A program made the position numbers and the translations under genes. A DNA stretch of 64,000 bases, taken from assembly GCA_002269645.1 (NCBI GenBank), contig NIVC01003480.1, positions 1 to 64,000 of the forward strand, given 5' to 3'. Positions 1 to 10,433 of this stretch are shown here, in pieces. Each line of letters starts with the position of its first letter. The stretch's first letter is position 1. The stretch comes from Macrostomum lignano (lineage: Eukaryota). The notes beneath the pieces were generated by a model, which saw only the letters and a program-made list of their open reading frames with translations, did no database searches and was not told the DNA's origin.

Positions 1-130
1 TGAGACTGCGGGGAATCAGGAGCTGCCCACTGAGGGACTGCGGGGAGAGTCAGGAGCTGTCCACTGAGAGACTGTGGAGAGTCAGGAGCTGCCCACTGAG
101 GGACTGTGGAGAGTCAGGAGCTGCCCACTG
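1..130. repeat. 32-bp minisatellite (CCACTGAGGGACTGTGGAGAGTCAGGAGCTGC), truncated by window start
   Basis: About 4 near-identical units; unit starts at 61 and 93. Confidence 0.85.
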
Positions 131-776
131 AATTCACTGTGAATGATAAGACGAGAGGTGAAATGCGGAACAGAATGAGGCTCCCAAGGCAAATTTGAAA
201 AGAGAAAGCGATATAATGAGGTAGAGAAGGAAATTTAGACGAAAGAAGAGCATTTAAAGCAGAAAAAGCTTAAAAAACAGCGAGCAGAATTTACAAAGCT
301 AACAAAACGAGTTGCGAAGAGACAACAGAGTAGGCGAGTACAGTTGTTTGTTAGTTAATTTATGCTATACAGCAATCGCGTGTGCCAGCGAGTTAAAGCT
401 GCAATCACGGCTGTCTGTACTTGGCCGCCTGGCTCTCCATGGCCTGCCGGTGGCCTCGCCGCTTGCCTTTGCCGTGAGCGGGCGGCGGCTGCGTCATCAG
501 CTCGTCCTCTCTGGCGAGCGGGGCGGGGGGGGGTAGCGAAGCATTAGGCAAGTGACAGGCAACAGCAGTCTTGAGTTTCTACAGTACGCTAAAGTAAACT
601 ACAGGTAACTACAGTTAAACTACAGTTAGCAACAGAAAACTAAACTAAACTAGAACAAAGGCACACTAAACACTATAGCGAATTACAGCGCACTACAGAC
701 AATAAGTAAGCTAGTAACTAATCCTATTTAATATATAACTAATTTAAACTAGAAACAGCGCAGCCATCCACTTCAC

Positions 777-3700
777 TCACCTGTAGTAGGGCGGCGGCGG
801 CTCCCCGCTGCGCGGTGGTGGCGGCGCACCGGTCAAGGCGGCGGCGCCGGCCCGACCAGACGAAGGGCCTGCCGGCGAAGTCGGCGAAGATGCCGCAGCA
901 GCTGCCGCCCCTACCGATGCAGACGACGAAGAGGCCGCGGCGGGAGCGGCAGCGGCCGAGTTTCCGTAGGCGTAGCAGCCGAGCGGGACACTGCCAGGCG
1001 GCATCCCGGACTGGCGGTTTTGCCGACTGCCGCCCCCTCCGCCGCTTCGGCCGCTCCTGCCGCCGCCCCCCCGCCGCTGCGGCCTCCGCCAGCCTCGCCG
1101 CCGCCGCCGCCGTGCTGATGCTGTCGGTGATGCCGGCGCGGCAAAGTGAGCTTGCGATGCGCCGCCCGCTGCGGATTACTGCTGGGCGTGTGCACGGCGC
1201 AGGCTTTAATAAACACGCCCATTGCGACAACAATACCGACGCAGATTAGTATGACATAGTACCAATGCGCCACTATCCAGTTCTTCACTAGTTCCAGGGT
1301 CTCCGGACTGAATAGCAGGTCCTGCAGTCGGCCAGCGGCCTTTAGAATCCACGCGGCGGCACTCGTAATAGGCGTTGCAATAGCCTCGGTAATTGTCGCA
1401 CGGCGAGCCGACCTGCAGCTGCAAGCCTTGATAGGTCTGGTTGACGCGCTGCAGAATTGAATAGAGAGGCGAAGTTCGGTCCTGCCGACTGGCTACCTCC
1501 CGGCTGCTCACGCACGGCGTAGCGTTGTTAGGCCGGCAGCCCAGGTAGCACATTGATGAGGCGTCAGCGTCTGTGTCCTCTGACGACTGCAGGCACTCCT
1601 CCAGCCGATTAGGGAGCAGATGCTCAGCTGAGGCGGGGGAGAATCGATTTGGCAAGATGCAAATGTATATTCCAAGTAGTTTTGAGTTCTTATTAATTGG
1701 AACCGCCTGTCTTAGGTTAATAAATAGTCACAGTTACCTTCTGTATTTAGGTCAAATTAGGGTCATTGAGGTCGTGTATCATTAGGTCATTAAGCCTATT
1801 TATTAGGTAATTCTATGGTCATTGAGACTATTCATTAGGTAATTCTATGGTCATTGAGACTATTCATTAGGTAATTCTATGGTCATTGAGCCTATTCATT
1901 AGGTAATTCTATGGTCATTGGGCCCCATGTGTCATAAGGTAATTCTATGGTCATTGAGCCTATTCATTAGGTAATTCTATGGTCATTGAGCCTATTCATT
2001 AGGTAATTCTATGGTCATTGAGCCTATTCATTAGGTAATTCTATGGTCATTGGGCCCCATGTGTCATAAGGTAATTCTATGGTCATTGAGCCTATTCATT
2101 AGGTAATTCTATGGTCATTGAGCCTATTCATTAGGTAATTCTATGGTCATTGGGCCCCATGTGTCATAAGGTAATTCTATGGTCATTGGGCCCCATGTGT
2201 CATAAGGTAATTCTATGCTCATTGGAACTGTCCATATTAAGTCTATCTCGAGTCATTCAAGATAAACAGGAGTCTGTGGTTGCCTCATCTCAGGTACTCC
2301 GATTAAAAGCCATCACAAGCGGCATGAACTGTTTACCTCGCAGCCGCCACTGCGGCACAGTTTAGTATTGCCATTGCAGGTGGTATTATCCGGCTTGCTC
2401 AGAGGCGGCGGGCAGGTCTGGTTGCCGCCAGAGCAGGCTGTAGCGTAGGTGCAGTCGGTCTCGGCCCGGCACTGGATGCTGCTATCGGAATAGTTGCACG
2501 ACGCTGTGCAGCACGGATTGCCAGACGGCGAGCAGGCTTTCCCGGCGGCTACTCTGCAGGCGTTGGGGTTGACGCCTTTGGCGCTTTTCGGCACGCAGCA
2601 GGTGTCCGTGCACTCGTCCTCGTAGCCGCAGTCGCAGTCCTCGCCGGGCTCTAGCAGGCTGTTGCCGCAGAAGCTGGCGTCGTCGCTAGGACGCAGACAA
2701 TTCTGCTTGCCATTGCGAGCGTTGACAACGTAATATAACAGAGTGCCGATGGACTCCCTGGAGCACTGGCTGAACTGCTTGTTATTCGGTAGGTCGCCCG
2801 TGGTGGCCGACGAGAACATGATGTAGTTGCCCTGGTCGGCCGTCGGCTGGCACTCCGCCCTGGACGGCGTCATGCCGTCGTCGTGGTTGGCACCGAAATT
2901 GTGACCCATCTCGTGAGCGAACGTCAGGTAGGAGACTTTCTCGGCGATGCGCCGGCCGTAGTTCACCAGGGTCACGATGCCCGTATTCAAGGACTTCCAG
3001 GCGCGACGGCCGGGCGCCTGATCGCTGCACAAGGGAGATAGTGTGTAAATTGGACAGCCTCGTGTGCAACGCATCTGGGTATTCCTTCTATATCTATCCG
3101 CCATCTAATCTGCACCCGATGTCTGCCCAAACAAAATCCATGGTTCATTTATATTCCATCTCTGGTATCTCTTGCCTGCGTTCCCTATTTACCAACCTAC
3201 CGGTACATACCCCACATACATTCCCTATCCATTCCATCTCCATTCCCCATCCACCCCATCACCATTCCCATCTATCCTATCTGCATTTCCCATCCATTCC
3301 ATCTGCATCTTCCGTTCATCCAATCTGCATTTCCCATCCATCCCATCTGCATTTCCCATCCATCCCATCTGCATTTCCCATCCATCCAATCTGCATTTCC
3401 TATCCATGCCATCTGCATTTCCTGTCCATGCCATCTGCATTTCCCATCCATGCCATCTGCATTTCCTATCCATGCCATCTGCATTTCCCATCCATGCCAT
3501 CTGCATTTCCCATCCATGCCATCTGCATTTCCTGTCCATGCCATCTGCATTTCCCATCCATCCAATCTGCATTTCCCATCCATGCCATCTGCATTTCCCA
3601 TCCATCCAATCTGCATTTCCCATCCATGCCATCTGCATTTCCTGTCCATGCCATCTGCATTTCCTGTCCATGCCATCTGCATTTCCCATCCATCCAATCT

Positions 3701-6700
3701 GCATTTCCCATCCATGCCATCTGCATTTCCCATCCATCCAATCTGCATTTCCCATCCATCCAATCTGCATTTCCCATCCATCCAATCTGCATTTCCCATC
3801 CACCCAATCTGCATTTCCCATCCATCCAATCTGCATTTCCCATCCATCCAATCTGTATTTCCCATCCATCCAATCTGCATTTCCCATCCATTCCATCTGT
3901 ATTTCCCATTCATCCAATCTGCATTTCCCATTCATTCATCCAATTTGCATTTCCCATGCATTTCATCTGCATCTCCCATTCATCCAATCTGCATTTCCCA
4001 TCCATCCAATCTGCATCTCCCATTCATCCCATCTGCATTTCCTATCCATCCAATCTGCATTTCCCATCCATCCAATCTGCATCTCCCATTCATCCCATCT
4101 TCATTTCCTATCCATCCAATCTGCATTTCCTATCCATGCCATCTGCATTTCCCATTCATTCATCCAATCTGCATTTCCCATGCATTTCATCTGCATCTCC
4201 CATTCATCCAATCTGAATTTCCCATCCATCCAATCTGCATTTCCTATCCATGCCATCTGCATTTCCCATTCTGGCGCAATTACATACGACATATGCACAA
4301 AAAATGCTCAAAATGAATGAGCTCTAGTACTTTCATAAATCAAGAGCCTAGCTTACACTAGTCTGATCGCAATAGATTAGTGCAGCTCCTTAACCATAAT
4401 CTATAACTAGATAGACAGCTGAATTTTGCCGTATCTATATACAGTTATAAGAATTTCGAATCAAATTGACAGATATAAGCACAGGTTTTCAAATGGCAAG
4501 CAGCAGCTGCTTTTCTGATCCAGTAAACTGGGCTTCAACTTACTGAGCCACAAATAAATGGTGGCTGCGCTTGGAAGTTTTTTTTTCGAAGATTCGAATT
4601 GCGCAGTATTTGACGCAACGTTTTAATTTCCTACTAAGAAATAGTGGTTTCTATAAAGAAAATCTTCAACATTAGTACACATCTGGTTAGAAAAAGGCTC
4701 TTTTTAAGTGCACTTGCAAACTGTATTTAAAAAAAATTAAACCAACAAACACTTCGAATTCGCCATCCATAAATGCGCAGAAAATAGACGATTTGCGTGT
4801 TTTCAGTAAAAAGCATGCGCTAACTGCTCTACTTTATAAGTAGGCATAATAGAGTAGCGAAACTTCCTGAAAAAGCTACGCAGGCAACGTAAATCTTGCA
4901 CTTCTCGGGGAAAGCTCTCAGTACAACTGCTGAAGGGGGGTTACTGAACTGCTGAAGGGGGGAATTACTGAACTGCTGAAGGGGGGAATTACTGAACTGC
5001 TGAAGGGGGGTTACTGAACTGCTGAAAGGGGTTACTGAACTGCTGAAGGGGGAATTACTGAACTGCTGAGGGGTGTTACTGAACTGCTGAATGGGGGAAT
5101 TACTGAACTGCTGAAGGGGGGAATTACTGAACTGCTGAAGGGGGGAATTACTGAACTGCTGAAGGGGGAATTACTGAACTGCTGAAGGGGGGTTACTGAA
5201 CTGCTGAAGGGGGGTTACTGAACTGCTGAAGGGGGAATTACTGAACTGCTGAAGGGGGGAATTACTGAACTGCTGAGGGGGGTTACTGAACTGCTGAGGG
5301 GGGTTACTGAACTGCTGAGGGGGGAGAATTACTGATCTGCTGAGGGAGGAATTACTGAGCTGCTGGGGGAAATTACTGAACTGCTAAAGGGTGAGGGGAG
5401 TTACTGAACTGCTAAATGGCGAATAACTAAGAATGTCTTGCTAAATGAAGAATAGCACTTGCAAAATAGCAGATATACGTGTAAGTGAATAAATGATGGC
5501 AAGGCTGCACTCACTCATATTCGCGATATTTCTCGCAGATGCCGCCATTCTGATCTTTGGTGCCAACCCAGGCCAGGCCGAGCGTGCCGCCATTGAAGTC
5601 CCGATAGGTGAACAGGTAGGCCAGGCAGTGCTCAGAATGGTTGCTATAGGCGTGCAAATTTAGAAAATTAGTGACGTCAATATTGCGATTGCAGAATTTA
5701 TTAATGTGCGGCTGACTGCAATCGGCCGTAGTGTTGATTCGAACTCGATTAACAGTGAACTGAATGCCATTCTGATCGAATTGCGGGTCCCTAGATACAA
5801 AACGGGTGCCGGCGTAGATAGCCGAAGCGGCGCTAACGTGATGCTGGAACAGCGCCTTGATTTCGGTCTTGGCCCGGTCTCGGTCGCCGTTCACGTTGCT
5901 CAAGCCCATGGTGGCCTCCCACAGCATCGTGTCCGACTGCATGTACAGCGAGCACACCTTGGGATCTGAGGCGGCCGCTCGGCGGTCCCTGCGATAAATA
6001 GCGGCCGGGTCGGGCCGGCCGGAATCCGCCCAGCGGGAGCTGCGACTCCGCGACGGCGGCTGCTGCTTCATCTGGCGGAGGCTGGGATTGGCCGACTGGC
6101 GACTCAGCTGGTTGGCGATGCTGGAATCGGCCAGACCACACGGCGGCCCGATGGAGTCGGCCACGGCCGGCGGTGAAACAGAGCGGATCTGCAGAGCAAT
6201 TAACAATTCGATAAATTTCGGAAATGTTTTGAGACTGATTTTTAGAAAGCGATTCTTAATGCATGTCTGGAATTTAGCAAGTTTGGAGTTATTGGAAAGT
6301 GGTAAAATCTCATCCTTTATTCGACTACAAACTTTTATGCATATGTTAGTTTAACAATAAGTGCTTTTGATCTGGCCTATGGCACAGATACTAGACTAAC
6401 TAAATAGGCCACTCAGCACATTTGCGTGTAAGCTACTTTCAGTTCAGTAGTAAGTTTAACAGAAGGACTTTGACGTATTTTTAAAGTCAAGGCTCAATTT
6501 ATTGACACTTGGAGTTCAAGCCTAAAGCTGCCATGTACATTTCAGTGGACTGGCTAATGTACATTACTGCAGAACCAATTAGCAAGTTGTTTACGCCTGC
6601 AAGCTTGGGCTTCTAAACTTATCAGTCAGTACAGCTGCTTTTTTATAAAATAGCTTATATATTCTTTTTTGCTACTGAACCGAAAGTAGAAAGCTGTTTT

Positions 6701-7584
6701 GCTGAGTATATATGCCTGAGTGGCCCATCTAGTTATGTGGGCCTATGGTGACATATCAAAGAGGATCCTTAGCAGAACTTTTGTGCATTTTGTGCATTGA
6801 TGACCTTGAAGTGATACGAGCTATTTGGCAGAGATGAAAGCTAAGATATTGATGGCCCAAAAATAAATAAATTCATTCCAAAGAGCTATAACAGATACGT
6901 TTTGAACACACCCAGTAGTTTTTGAAAGCTTCAATGGAATTCAATGAATGGAAGCCGTCCATCTCACCGTTTATACCGCTTCGGCCACTGCACGTGCGAG
7001 TCGTTGTACATAATCGAATGAAACTCTCGCCGGCCATTAAAATAATGAGCAGCCGGCTCAATGTACCAGCCCGACCCACTGGACTCGTGAATCGAACCAC
7101 GGAACACACCGTCAATGAGGCTGCCGAACGCCCAGCTGCCCGGATCGTCAATCAGCCGACCCGTCACCGCCTCTGGAAAGCTGAGCGGTTCAACTCGGCC
7201 ATCGAATTCTAGCACAGCGCCCGGCGCCGCAACCCGGCTATTGTGCTCAAGGCGCAGGCGAAACTGCCTGCCGTGAGCAGGGAATGCCAGGTCGACTTGC
7301 CCGGCTAGAGGAGCGGATCTTTTAGCCCGGCGATGATGCCGCTCGGAGACTGGAGCGTAGCTCAATCGATCGTGATCTAACACTGTCTCGCTGCCGGGCA
7401 CCGGGCCGTAGACTCTACCGGCCGACGCTGATTGGACGGCTGCGCTGGCCAATAGGAGCGCGATGAGGAGCAGAGAAAGAAGAAATGGCGAAGTGGATCG
7501 CTGAAATCGACGGCGAGACGGCGAACCGGGGTCGCCGGCTAACGACGGAGCAAAATTATTCGGCTGAAATAGCGAGGCATCCAT
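777..7584 (-). CDS. ADAM10: ADAM10/kuzbanian-like disintegrin metalloproteinase; exons about 7584-6968, 6188-5515, 3024-2337, 1627-782; terminal exon uncertain; contains frameshifts
   Basis: Signal peptide FLLSLLLIALLLASAA, prodomain, zinc motif HEMGHNFGANHD, KSLNTGIVT and LGLAWVG motifs, disintegrin CGNSLLEPGEDCDCG, GSPCDNYRGYC, TM WIVAHWYYVILICVGIVVAMGVFIKACAVHTPSSNP typical of ADAM10. GT/AG sites at all junctions; phases match at exon 2/3 and 3/4. Confidence 0.93.
1790..2215. repeat. 32-bp minisatellite (GGTAATTCTATGGTCATTGAGCCTATTCATTA) in ADAM10 intron 3
   Basis: About 13 tandem units with two variants (GAGCCTATT or GGGCCCCATGT). Confidence 0.9.
3215..4270. repeat. 22-bp minisatellite (CAATCTGCATTTCCCATCCATC) in ADAM10 intron 2
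   Basis: More than 40 tandem units; stop-poor, so it generates the long spurious ORFs at 3041-4320. Confidence 0.93.
4925..5410. repeat. 21-24-bp minisatellite (ACTGAACTGCTGAAGGGGGGAATT) in ADAM10 intron 2
   Basis: About 20 tandem units with variable G-run length. Confidence 0.9.
6385..6740. mobile_element. MITE-like dispersed repeat in ADAM10 intron 1; second copy at about 63190-63515 in opposite orientation
   Basis: Inverted ends GGCCACTCAG (6407) and CTGAGTGGCC (6716-6725); 6385-6630 is the reverse complement of about 63190-63515. Confidence 0.7.
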
Positions 7585-7739
7585 GGGGTGTTAGAGAGGC
7601 TGCGTACCTGCCTACGCAGATACGAGGTTATTCACATACTTCACAACATCTAAGCAGTATTGAAGAACCAATCTAAGCCTGGTACTAATATTACAATCCT
7701 TCGAAAATTCCAGTTATTCAGCAAACTCCAAATCATTCC

Positions 7740-8125
7740 TACTAGACCCAATTGCTCACACTAGATACTATTTATTCACAATCACACTCGATCCTAATCA
7801 TTCACACTAGATCTTAATTATTAACGCTAGACCCTAATCATTCACACTAGACAATTATCATTCACACTAGATCCTAATTATTCACACTGGATCCAAACTA
7901 TTCACACTAGATCCCAATCATTCACACTAGATCCCAATCATTCACAATAGACTACATCCCAATCATTCACAATAGATCCTAACCATTCACACTAGATCCT
8001 AAACATTCACACTAGATCCTAATCATTCAGACTAGATCCAAACCATTCACACTAGATCCTAACCATTCACACTAGATCCTAATCATTCACACTAGATCCT
8101 AATCATTCACACTAGATACCAACCA
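7740..8125. repeat. 20-21-bp minisatellite (TCATTCACACTAGATCCTAA) upstream of ADAM10
   Basis: About 18 tandem units. Confidence 0.88.
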
Positions 8126-8569
8126 CTGAGTCTGTAAATCGTAAATCGTATTAAATTAAAAACAAACAAGGAAAATGAAAAGGAAAAATACGAGCCGAAG
8201 AAGTTGCTTCTTCTCTTAGAGAGTTAGTCAATTTTTTGCAAACAACTAAAATTATTGCAATCAGACAATAAGATAAATGTTCGGTTGTGAGGGGTACAAG
8301 CAATCCAGGATGCGGCGCAAAACCTGCAGCCAATCAGTGCAAAGACAAAAAATACTCGAAAATAATAAATGATAGACAGCATTAATGCAAGAATAAATGT
8401 CGTTCTCAAATACGAGCCGGACTTAAATGCTCATGACAGGCCTGCTCGGTATAGTACTTTAAGAGTACGTCTCGATAGTGTCTCAGATAAGAGGCCATGT
8501 GCAGTCACCGATTAACTAACATTATACTTATGAATGCATTGCTACTCCCAGATCCATTTAAGTCAGATT

Positions 8570-9030
8570 AGCAATCCATTCTCTTCCTGCATCCGTGTAT
8601 TGGCTAGATTAGCAATCCATTCTCTTCCTGCATCCATGTATTGGCTAGATTAGCAATCCATTCTATTCCTGCATCCATGTATTGGCTAGATTAGCAATCC
8701 ATTCTATTCCCGCATCCGTGTATTGGCTAGATTAGCAATCCATTCTATTCCTGCATCCATGTATTGGCTAGATTAGCAATCCATTCTATTCCTGCATCCG
8801 TGTATTGGCTAGATTAGCAATCCATTCTCTTCCTGCATCCATGTATTGGCTAGATTAGCAATCCATTCTATTCCTGCATCCATGTATTGGCTAGATTAGC
8901 AATCCATTCTCTTCCTGCATCCATGTATTGGCTAGATTAGCAATCCATTCTATTCCTGCATCCGTGTATTGGCTAGATTAGCAATCCATTCTATTCCTGC
9001 ATCCATGTATTGGCTAGATTAGCAATCCAT
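8570..9030 (+). repeat. 41-bp minisatellite (GATTAGCAATCCATTCTATTCCTGCATCCATGTATTGGCTA)
   Basis: About 11 near-perfect units; same family in reverse orientation at 45445-45710 and a variant at 10127-10255. Confidence 0.92.
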
Positions 9031-9060
9031 TCAAGCATAAGAAAATGAAAAAGTGAGTTA

Positions 9061-9760
9061 CTATCGCTTTTGACGCTCTAGATAAGACTTCAGACATTCA
9101 AAATAAGACTGCATAGGATCGCAAGCAAGGCCAGGCCAGCCACGGCCAGAGCACGCCCAGTCTTGGCTGCAGGAATGGCTTGGCCATAGACTAAAAAATG
9201 GAATATCAAATTGAGAATAAGACGCTCAATATGAGACTGAGTGTGAAAGCCTTCAGATATCGTTCTCAGCTAGCTCTCCTTCTTCACCCCTTGGGTTGCA
9301 TCTGACCCCTTGGATTTCCCTGTGATGGCACCATCGATTCCTGCAGCAGACCGTCAGCGTCTGATCGACGCAGTAAACAATGGATCAACCATCCTAGCTG
9401 CCGCTCAAATTCTCAAGATCAAGAGAGCGTCCGCCTTTAGGATCGCTGCGGGGTTCCGCCTCCATGGCAGAGTTGAATCCCTACCTCGTGGCGGTCGGAG
9501 AGAAGAAAATTGCAAGGCTGACAACGAGATGAGAGACTTCCTGACTGAGACGCTGAAAAGCAAATAAATTACGTTCACTCCCGGTCTCATATTGAGCGTC
9601 TTATTCTCATTTTAATATTCCATTTTTTAGTCTATGGCCAAGCCATCCCTGCAGCCAAGACTGGGCACGCTCTGGCCGTGGCTAGCCTGGCCTTGCTTGC
9701 GATCCTATGCAGTCCCATTTTGAATGACTAAAGTCCCATCTAGAGCGTCAAAAGCGATAC
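9061..9760 (+). mobile_element. Internally deleted Tc1/mariner-like DNA transposon with about 185-bp TIRs
   Basis: 9061-9245 is the reverse complement of about 9575-9760. Central ORF 9325-9567 (RQRLIDAVNNGSTILAAAQILKIKRASAFRIAAGFRLHGRVESLPRGGR) resembles the Tc1 N-terminal HTH with a GRPR-like motif; no DDE domain; TSD not clean. Confidence 0.75.
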
Positions 9761-10126
9761 TGACAGACAGAACTGATGGAGACACCAGAAAGCCTGAATA
9801 ACCAAATTAAAACCACAAAGCAATAAAAAATTGAATGCACAGATCACCTGAACTTTCCGCACTGGAACAATGCAGGATAGAAAAAAAAATAGGAAAAATA
9901 TTCCTAAACAAAGGACTAAAATCTGTTTGGAGAATTGCACACAGACTTTGAAGCCTTCGAGCTCATATTAAAGACAAATGCAAACTAAGTAGCAGATTAA
10001 CGCGCAATGAAAATATTTGATGCATAGCTATAATGTTTCATCGGTTACTTGAAAATTGAAAAATGAATTTAAAAAAAAACTGAAAACTAGTTCAAGCGTA
10101 GCATAGTTTACGATTACTGGTGCGGT

Positions 10127-10255
10127 AGATTAGCAATCCACTTTAATCATTTTAGGAACAAATGTAGATTAGCAATCCACTTTAATCATTTGAGGAACAA
10201 ATGCAGATTAGCAATCCACTTTAATCATTTGAGGAACAGATGTAGATTAGCAATT
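10127..10255 (+). repeat. 39-bp tandem repeat related to the GATTAGCAATCCA family
   Basis: About 3.3 units sharing AGATTAGCAATCCA with the 8570-9030 array. Confidence 0.75.
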
Positions 10256-10433
10256 AGAAATAGGTAGTAGGCTATTTACGCCTAAATAGAACCAGAGGTG
10301 CAAACAATGAGATGACTGGCCAAAACCTACCGAGCACATCGTAATGGAGTTCAACACGGGATAAAAAACGCAATTTTCTTGTTGAAGAATTTCTCTCAAT
10401 CAATGATCCTCATCATCATCCGCAGCCTCCCCA

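Noticed and set aside
3041-4320. Long ORFs of 150-391 aa (HPICISHP / WMGNAD repeats) on both strands
   Set aside because: Translations of a stop-poor 22-bp minisatellite inside an ADAM10 intron; open in nearly all frames.
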